Part shown: positions 21,073-27,077 of the stretch, piece by piece
How the letters are laid out: each line of letters starts with the position of its first letter
Numbering within the stretch: position 1 is the first letter of the stretch
DNA from: Nitrospinota bacterium
Lineage (GTDB): Bacteria; UBA8248
Direction of reading: 5' to 3'
Assembly: GCA_036231405.1 (NCBI GenBank)
Contig: JAZAHK010000043.1
Location: forward strand, 1 to 27,077
DNA: 27,077 bases
Made by a program: the position numbers and the translations under genes
Notes under the pieces: model-generated
Databases searched by the model: none
What the model saw: only the letters and a program-made list of their open reading frames with translations
Told to the model about the DNA's origin: nothing

Positions 21073-21882
21073 TTAAGTTGAAGATGATTTTTCTTCTTCA
21101 ATCATGGCGTATGCATTGTGTGCATGAATGGATTCAAAATTCTCAACTTCCACTCGAAACGAATCAATTCGAGAATCTTTTCGTAATCTTAGAGCAACTT
21201 CTCGAACAAGATCCTCAACAAAACGCGGATTATCAAACGCTTTTTCAGTGACAAATTTTTCATCTTCCCTCTTTAAAACAGGGAACAAGGAGCAACTTGC
21301 AGAATCTTCCGCCATTTCTATTAACTCTTCGATCCAAATACGATCATTAAAACGAACTTGCATCATGATTTCACCGCGTTGGTTATGTGCACCTCTAAGA
21401 CTAATTTCTTTCGAACACGGACAAAGTGTGGTAACCGGAACTTTCAGTAAAATTGAAAAGTCATCGACTTCCCCTTTAGAAGCTTCAAAGGAACACTGAA
21501 ATGCCATTGTCCCTGAAGAACCAGTTACCGGAGCTTCTCTATGAACAAAATACGGGAAAGAAAGATTCAAATAAGCAGTCTGAGCATCTAGCCTTTCTAG
21601 CATTTGGCTTAGAATTGTTGAAATATTATCTACACTAATTATCCCATCATGTTCATTCAGAATTTCCACAAAACGGCTCATATGAGTACCTTTAAACTGA
21701 TGAGGAAGGTCTACGAACATACTGACCTTTGCAACAGTATTCTGTGAATCTTTATCACGATCCTGAACAAGGATAGGATAGTCAATATTTTTAATGCCAA
21801 CTTTATCAATTCTTACATTTCTATCATCAGAAGATGATTGAACATCAGCTAAAGATGCAGTATCAAGTATTTTATCGGGCAT
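21073..21882 (-). CDS. folE2: GTP cyclohydrolase IB (FolE2)
   Basis: Motifs DVQ, IDKVGI, KGTHMSRFVE, VTTLCPCSKEIS..GAHNQR, LKREDEKFVTE.AFDNPRFVED and ESIHAHNA. Confidence 0.96.
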   Translation of the reverse strand: MPDKILDTASLADVQSSSDDRNVRIDKVGIKNIDYPILVQDRDKDSQNTVAKVSMFVDLPHQFKGTHMSRFVEILNEHDGIISVDNISTILSQMLERLDAQTAYLNLSFPYFVHREAPVTGSSGTMAFQCSFEASKGEVDDFSILLKVPVTTLCPCSKEISLRGAHNQRGEIMMQVRFNDRIWIEELIEMAEDSASCSLFPVLKREDEKFVTEKAFDNPRFVEDLVREVALRLRKDSRIDSFRVEVENFESIHAHNAYAMIEEEKSSST

Positions 21883-21906
21883 AAATGTTTCTTTCCTTTT
21901 TTAAAA

Positions 21907-22242
21907 TTAAGCTTCTGGTTCTACAATTCTTTTTTCATCAATTTTTTTCATCTTCTTACTCACAGCACTCGACAAATCTACCCCTTTTGAATTTGCATAA
22001 TTCATAAGTGCTATCATTGCATCTGCCGTCTCATCCACAAAATCAGAATCCTTGATTTTCCTTCCTTTCCACTCTTTTTTTTCAAGATTTGCTAGTTCTC
22101 CCACCTCTCCAGCAAGTTCCAAGGCAAAAAAACGCGACTCCCTAGTTGGAAAAACCTTTGATTGGTATACATCAAATTCCTCCTGAAGTTTTTTTAACCC
22201 TTCATAAGAACACGGCAAAAACTTTGAATTATTGTCCATCAT
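21907..22242 (-). CDS. MazG-like (all-alpha) nucleotide pyrophosphohydrolase
   Basis: LAGEVGELAN..KK and DETAD acidic metal-binding motifs, VDLS.AV..KM..; about 110 aa. The start is uncertain (ATGs at 22239, 22242, 22251). Confidence 0.8.
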   Translation of the reverse strand: MMDNNSKFLPCSYEGLKKLQEEFDVYQSKVFPTRESRFFALELAGEVGELANLEKKEWKGRKIKDSDFVDETADAMIALMNYANSKGVDLSSAVSKKMKKIDEKRIVEPEA

Positions 22243-22383
22243 CCATCTCATCAAGAAGATTAAATACCATAAAAATCAAGTGTGATTCTCTTTAATCCCA
22301 CTACTAAAATCAAGTGCGAAAGTGTCTCACCCCTTAAAGGTAAACGTCAACAGTGAAAAAACAAAATGGATATAAAAATTCGT

Positions 22384-22412
22384 TTGACGTTCGCAAGAAC
22401 AAATCATACGCT
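22384..22412 (+). promoter_or_regulatory. Putative sigma70 promoter for the amidohydrolase cluster
   Basis: TTGACG (22384-22389), 17-nt spacer, TACGCT (22407-22412), about 95 nt upstream of the amidohydrolase start. Confidence 0.5.
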
Positions 22413-22507
22413 CAAACTAACTTTATTTACAAACAACAGAATTTCTAATTTTAAAAATATTCAATTTACGATGTGTTAGACGGACATATGAAAGAAAGGA
22501 GGTCCCA

Positions 22508-23503
22508 TTGTCGAACATAGATATGCATCACCACATTTATATACAAGAAGCAGAAGATTTAGCCAAGGTTGAGAGAGAGAGACGTCCCCAACACGCAGAT
22601 AGCTTTGAGGGATTTTTCCCGGAAATTTCATCAAAACATAACGTAAAACTTACAAAAGAAAAATGGGGAGAACAACTTCTCAGTCTCGATAGAAAACTCA
22701 GTGACATGAAATCAGATAGACTCGATATGGCACTCGTGTCACCTCCACCTCCCACATTTTATTACTGGATAGGTGGAACAAACGGAAAAGAGATTATAGA
22801 AATACAAAATAATGGAGTTGTCGATTTTTGTAAAAAAAATTCAGCCCAGTTTAGAGGTCTTGCAAATCTTCCCTTACAAAACGGGGGTGGAGATGCAGCA
22901 AAAGAGTTAGAAAGAAGTATGTCTAATGGACTTCTAGGCTGTATTATTTCCGACAGAATTACAGGACAGGCTTTAGACGAACCTCAGTTTGATATTTTCT
23001 GGGAAGCAGCTGAAAAATTAGGGGCACTCGTTTTTATCCACCCTGACTTTGCCGATTACAAACCACTTTTCCCATTCTATATGGCAAACTGTGTTGGAAA
23101 TCCCTTGTCAACCACAGTCGCTGCTACTAGATTGATTTTGTCTGGTCATTTTGAAAGGTATCCAAATCTGAAAGTAATTCTTGCTCATGCAGGAGGAAAT
23201 CTTCCCTGGGCAATTGGAAGAATTGAGCATGCTTGGGAAGAACGACCAGAAACCAAGGTTCATATCCCGCATCCGCCTCGACATTATTTTAAAAATTTAT
23301 ATTTTGATGTGATTACTTTTAATTCATCTGGTCTAAAATGGCTTGTGCAGGAAGTAGGTTCAGATCATGTGATTTGTGGAACGGATTATCCTTACGATAT
23401 GATGCAGGAAAATGTTGTAGACTTTGTAGAAAGTGCAGGACTTTCTTCTACAGAAGAAGATGATATTCTCCGAAAAGTTCCTGCAAAGCTTCTCGGACTT
23501 TGA
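22508..23503 (+). CDS. Amidohydrolase-2 family metallo-decarboxylase/hydrolase (ACMSD/LigW-like)
   Basis: N-terminal DxHxH (DMHHH), FIHP, AHAGG.LP...GR, LYFD and GTDYP motifs; TTG start with an AAGGAGG RBS. Confidence 0.88.
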   Translation: MSNIDMHHHIYIQEAEDLAKVERERRPQHADSFEGFFPEISSKHNVKLTKEKWGEQLLSLDRKLSDMKSDRLDMALVSPPPPTFYYWIGGTNGKEIIEIQNNGVVDFCKKNSAQFRGLANLPLQNGGGDAAKELERSMSNGLLGCIISDRITGQALDEPQFDIFWEAAEKLGALVFIHPDFADYKPLFPFYMANCVGNPLSTTVAATRLILSGHFERYPNLKVILAHAGGNLPWAIGRIEHAWEERPETKVHIPHPPRHYFKNLYFDVITFNSSGLKWLVQEVGSDHVICGTDYPYDMMQENVVDFVESAGLSSTEEDDILRKVPAKLLGL

Positions 23504-23611
23504 TAATAAAATGAACTATTACTGGAAATTAGAACCAAAGTTAAATATAATCTTCATCATTAGACATTAGACGAAAAGTAACTTTTTTTGAATACACGGA
23601 GGATGACTTCT

Positions 23612-24244
23612 ATGAAAAAAGAAGAGATTTTTGATAGACCTCCTGGCCCATTATTTGGATTCTGGAGTTCGTTGTACATTGATAAGTGGAAATTCGTGAA
23701 ACGTAACCTAATGGGAATGCGAAAAGAAAGAAAAGAAGCGTTCGTAAGCACCTTGAAAGCTGGCGACCCTATGCCGTCTGTAAAATTAAAAACCACCGAA
23801 GATCAAGAGTTTAACCTGGAAGATTTTAAAGGTAAAAAGAATATCGTCATAGAATTTGGCGCTATCACCTGACCTCCCTATCGCCGGCAGGTGCCTGGCA
23901 TAGAAGATGCATACGAAAAGTATCGATCGAAGGATGTGGAGTTTTTCGTGGTTTACTCAAAGGAACCACACGCAGAAGAAGGAAAATACTTTAAAAACTT
24001 CAAACAACATACCTCTTACGAACAGAAAAAAGAGTATGCGTGTCAACTCGTGAAAGAACACGATATGAAGGTACCCGTACTAATTGACGACTTAGATGAA
24101 GCGGTAGTAATGGCATTTGGAAGAATGCCGAATATGACTTATGTAGTGGATAAAGAGGGTAAAATTGCCTATAAAGCCGACTGGGCAGAAGCAGATAGGC
24201 TTGAAGAAGTCCTTGACGAACTGTTAGCTGAACAAAACGGATAG
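23612..24244 (+). CDS. Iodothyronine deiodinase-like thioredoxin-fold selenoprotein (210 aa, Sec87 encoded by TGA 23870-23872)
   Basis: The two track ORFs share a frame and are joined by TGA-CCT-CCC-TAT-CGC-CGG-CAG, giving IVIEFGAIT-U-PPYRRQ (deiodinase VLNFGSCT-U-PPF). Further matches are FFVVYSKEPH, KQHTSYEQK, VLIDDLD and FGRMPNMTYVVDKEGKIAYK. GGAGG RBS 9 nt before ATG 23612; SECIS-like hairpin after the TGA. Confidence 0.88.
23878..23903 (+). promoter_or_regulatory. Bacterial SECIS-like element
   Basis: CUAU-C-GCC-GGC-[AGGU]-GCC-U-GGC-AUAG hairpin; the apical loop begins 16 nt after the UGA with G at loop position 2; contains GCAGGU as in the E. coli fdhF SECIS. Confidence 0.75.
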
Positions 24245-24273
24245 CGTTAAGCATTTTTTTTAAAGAAACAACC

Positions 24274-24329
24274 AGAATTTATCGCTTTTTATACAAACAT
24301 TTAAAAGAAAAGCGATAAATTCTTTTTTT
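24274..24329 (+). terminator. Long inverted repeat with U-tract, probable terminator
   Basis: Perfect 16-bp arms AGAATTTATCGCTTTT (24274-24289) and AAAAGCGATAAATTCT (24308-24323), 18-nt loop, followed by a T-run. Confidence 0.7.
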
Positions 24330-24379
24330 GACCCTTTATTTGAAGAAGCTTTCAAACATCTATCACTCCGAGGATTGAT

Positions 24380-25030
24380 ATGAACTACGTATCATTTGAC
24401 ACAACAAAAACAGACCATATGCAAACATATCGGCTCTTAGCAGGTTCGATTGTTCCTAGACCTATAGCTTGGGTAAGTTCTATAAGTTCTGATGGAATTG
24501 CTAATCTTGCCCCTTTTAGTTTTTTTACCTGTGTTTGTCATGCTCCTCCCCTTGTATCGATTTCAGTCGGAGAAAGAGAGCACAGAATGAAAGATACAGC
24601 GAGTAATATTCTAGATACCAAGGGATACGTTATACACACAGTGGTAAACGAAACCGCAGTAGCTATGAACGAAAGTTCTGCCAATTTTGAACCTGAAGAA
24701 AACGAATTTACAGAACTTGGACTAGAAACAGAGCCCTCTCAAATTGTAAAAGCTCCCCGTATAAAAAACTCTCCTATCTCGATGGAGTGTGAACTAGAAC
24801 ACCTACACACCTACGGGGACAAATGGAAAACACATCTCGTTGTTGGAAGAATACTTATGTGGCATGTAAGAGAGGATCTTATGATCGATGGAAAATATAT
24901 TAATCCAGAAAAATTAGAACCTCTGGGAAGACTTGGAGGTCCGAACTACTGCAGAACCCAGGATATTTTTCAAATGGAGCGTACCTATCCACCTCCAGAT
25001 AAAGTACATCCCAATGAACAACCGAAATAG
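24380..25030 (+). CDS. Flavin reductase-like FMN-binding protein (DIM6/NTAB family)
   Basis: GSIVPRPIAWVSS, NLAPFSFF, KDT..NI, APRI...PISMEC and PLGRLGG..Y; GAGG RBS. Confidence 0.9.
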   Translation: MNYVSFDTTKTDHMQTYRLLAGSIVPRPIAWVSSISSDGIANLAPFSFFTCVCHAPPLVSISVGEREHRMKDTASNILDTKGYVIHTVVNETAVAMNESSANFEPEENEFTELGLETEPSQIVKAPRIKNSPISMECELEHLHTYGDKWKTHLVVGRILMWHVREDLMIDGKYINPEKLEPLGRLGGPNYCRTQDIFQMERTYPPPDKVHPNEQPK

Positions 25031-25048
25031 AAACAGGAAAACGATTTG

Positions 25049-25561
25049 ATGAACTGGCGATCTGAAATTTTCAGAGTGTTCAAAGAACAAAACATTACAT
25101 GTGTGTGTCATGTTCCAGACGCTGGGCACTTAGAACTCCTCCAAACGTGCGAACAAGATAAAGACATCAAGTTAGTGACCTTAACCACAGAAGAAGAAGG
25201 AGTGGGCCTTTTAAGCGGCGCATGGCTTGGCGGGAAAAAAGGCGCTCTTTTGATGCAAAGCAGCGGGGTTGGAAATACTATTAATGCCCTTGCTCTACCT
25301 ATCACCTGTAAAATGCCTTTTGTAACGATTGTGTCTATGCGAGGAGAATGGGGGGAATTTATCCCCTGGCAAATCCCCATGGGGCAAGGAACTCCGACTG
25401 TGTTGGAAGCTATGGGGGTAACGAACTTTAGAGCGAACCATGCAGAAGAAGTCTATGAAACTGTCGATGCCGCCGTGAAATTTGCTTACAACAACAGGAA
25501 ACCTGTTTCTGTCCTTCTCTCACAAAGATTGATCGGCGCAAAACAATTCAAGGAAGAATAA
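25049..25561 (+). CDS. TPP-dependent decarboxylase alpha subunit (sulfopyruvate/phosphonopyruvate decarboxylase, ComD-like)
   Basis: VPDAGH, TTEEEGVG..SGAWLGG, LLMQSSGVGN.INAL and SMRGEWGEF.PWQ.PMG. An alternative TTG start lies at 25046. Confidence 0.85.
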   Translation: MNWRSEIFRVFKEQNITCVCHVPDAGHLELLQTCEQDKDIKLVTLTTEEEGVGLLSGAWLGGKKGALLMQSSGVGNTINALALPITCKMPFVTIVSMRGEWGEFIPWQIPMGQGTPTVLEAMGVTNFRANHAEEVYETVDAAVKFAYNNRKPVSVLLSQRLIGAKQFKEE

Positions 25562-25562
25562 G

Positions 25563-26141
25563 ATGTCTGCACTCTTAAGAAGAGAAGTTGTCTCTGAACT
25601 GGTAGATGGAAGAAACGAAGATCTCCTGGTTCTTTCTGGTCTTGGCTGTTCTAGCTGGGATCTGACTGCGGCAGGAGATAGCGATCAAAATTTTTATTTT
25701 ATAGGCGCGATGGGAATGACCGTTCCTACTTCCCTTGGCCTTGCTCTTGCGCGAGAAGAAAACCGTGTCCTAGTTATTACAGGAGACGGCGATATGCTGA
25801 TGAATCTTGGGATCCTGGCAACAGTAGGAATGCAAAAACCCACCAACCTTGCCATTGTCGTCCTAGATAACGGAATGTACGGGGAAACGGGAGGACAAGA
25901 AACCGCAACTTCAGGAGGAACCAATTTAGAGATGGTCGCCAAAGGTGCTGGCATTACAAATTCCACAACCGTGGCTACGAAAGAAGAACTTACAAAAGCA
26001 AAACAAGAAATTATAAACGGAACAGGTCCTGTTTTTGTGAATATCAAGGTGGCAAAAGAGAAACTTCCCCTGGTCTTACCTCCTATCGACGGAATCACGG
26101 TTACCCAACGCTTTCGAAAATCTTTAATTGGGAAAGTGTAG
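25563..26141 (+). CDS. TPP-dependent decarboxylase beta subunit (ComE-like)
   Basis: FY..GAMG....LGLALA and the TPP motif GDGDMLMNLG...DNG.YGETGGQ.T; starts 1 nt after the alpha-subunit stop. Confidence 0.87.
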   Translation: MSALLRREVVSELVDGRNEDLLVLSGLGCSSWDLTAAGDSDQNFYFIGAMGMTVPTSLGLALAREENRVLVITGDGDMLMNLGILATVGMQKPTNLAIVVLDNGMYGETGGQETATSGGTNLEMVAKGAGITNSTTVATKEELTKAKQEIINGTGPVFVNIKVAKEKLPLVLPPIDGITVTQRFRKSLIGKV

Positions 26142-26178
26142 TTTCCCTTTTTAGTTCCTTTCTCTTGATTGAGACCCT

Positions 26179-26814
26179 ATGTTAACCAAATACAATGAAA
26201 AACCTTTTTACTGGGATAAAGCGAAAAGATACCTTTCCAAAAAAGATCCTGTCTTAAAAAAGGTAATACAGAATGCAGGAGAAACACAGTTTCTCACAAG
26301 AAATTTCACCCCCTTTCAAACATTGGCTAAGTCTATTATTAGCCAGCAGATTTCAGTAGCTGCTGCGGCAAGCGTTCTTAAAAAACTCAAAACCAATATC
26401 GATAGATTTAGTCCAAAAGGGGTATATTCTGCCAAAGATTCTACCCTTCGAAACTCAGGCCTTTCTCGCCAAAAAGTAGAATACCTCCGTATTCTTTCCA
26501 CAAAATTTGTAGAAGAACCTCGGTATTTTTCTGGGTTTCAGAATCTAGACGATAAAACCATTATCGAAAAATTAACGGTGCTCAAAGGAATAGGAGAATG
26601 GACTGCACAGATGTACCTTATTTTTCAGTTAAATAGGCCTGATATTCTTCCTCTCAAAGATCTTGGCTTTGTAAATAACTCGGTACGTTTGTATAAGCTT
26701 TCAGAACCTAAAATACCGAACGTTATAAAAATATCCAAAAAATGGGGAGATTATAAAACTGTCGCTGTTTGGTATATCTGGAAAAATATTGACCCAGAGG
26801 ATGTTCAGTACTAG
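26179..26814 (+). CDS. DNA-3-methyladenine glycosylase II (AlkA-like, HhH-GPD family)
   Basis: L...DPVL, LAKSIISQQIS..AA, GLSRQK..Y, HhH motif LKGIGEWTAQM, RPDILP..DLG and W..YK..A.WYIW. Confidence 0.9.
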   Translation: MLTKYNEKPFYWDKAKRYLSKKDPVLKKVIQNAGETQFLTRNFTPFQTLAKSIISQQISVAAAASVLKKLKTNIDRFSPKGVYSAKDSTLRNSGLSRQKVEYLRILSTKFVEEPRYFSGFQNLDDKTIIEKLTVLKGIGEWTAQMYLIFQLNRPDILPLKDLGFVNNSVRLYKLSEPKIPNVIKISKKWGDYKTVAVWYIWKNIDPEDVQY

Positions 26815-27077
26815 GAAATTACTTTTCTACCTGACTCAGAGAGAAATGTATCAATATCACTTTTTTTTATATAATATTGAGGACCATAGCATTTTGCCTG
26901 AACAGCCCATATTTCTTGATTTTTATGACGAAAAACAAGATCTATCCCACAATCACGACCCCATCTTCCAGGCCATTCATCCCAAAGCCAAATCTGTTCT
27001 ACCTGCGTGGACCATATCGGTTCATGTGTGAGAAACCATTTTGTGAAATGTTCAAACTGTTTCCCTTTTACTTTCAA
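26811..27077 (-). pseudogene. Truncated Mrr-like PD-(D/E)xK nuclease domain of a helicase/Type ISP-like restriction protein (start outside the window)
   Basis: G..FE....WFL, W.W.EWP, D.GIDLV, WAVQAKCY and I.K.DID.FLS.S; the frame stops at TAG 26811-26813 with no helicase domain following. Confidence 0.65.

Noticed and set aside
23588-24244. Two separate genes, or a pseudogene, at 23588-23872 and 23891-24244
   Set aside because: Same frame, the TGA sits at the catalytic Cys/Sec position and a SECIS-like hairpin follows; one selenoprotein explains this better.
25049-26141. Coenzyme M or phosphonate biosynthesis cluster
   Set aside because: No comA/B/C or PEP mutase gene is present in the window, so the ComDE-like pair cannot be assigned to either pathway.

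Overview
AT-rich bacterial chromosomal window using the standard genetic code; the gene content suggests a deltaproteobacteria/Nitrospinota-like lineage, but this is not determinable from sequence alone. Positions 1-12945 (minus strand) hold a housekeeping block: tRNA-Leu, tig, clpP, clpX, tRNA-Val, thrS, infC, rpmI, rplT, pheS, pheT, zapB-like, zapA, 6S RNA, 5-formyl-THF cyclo-ligase and rny (partial). Positions 13356-22242 (minus strand) hold a MazG-like gene, folE2, metH interrupted by a single in-frame TAA at a conserved Tyr, a hypothetical double-barrel protein and a tctB-tctA-tctC transporter. Positions 22508-26814 (plus strand) form an accessory metabolic cluster: an ACMSD-like amidohydrolase/decarboxylase, a deiodinase-like selenoprotein, a flavin reductase-like protein, a ComD/ComE-like two-subunit TPP decarboxylase and an AlkA-type glycosylase. 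The window ends in a truncated Mrr-like nuclease fragment. The main result is that two ORFs in the track (23588-23872 and 23891-24244) are very probably one iodothyronine-deiodinase-like selenoprotein (FGAIT-U-PPY) with a bacterial SECIS-like hairpin right after the UGA. Secondary results are a Phe-rich uORF with a terminator between rplT and pheS (possible attenuator), the metH nonsense codon and a MazG-folE2 pairing.
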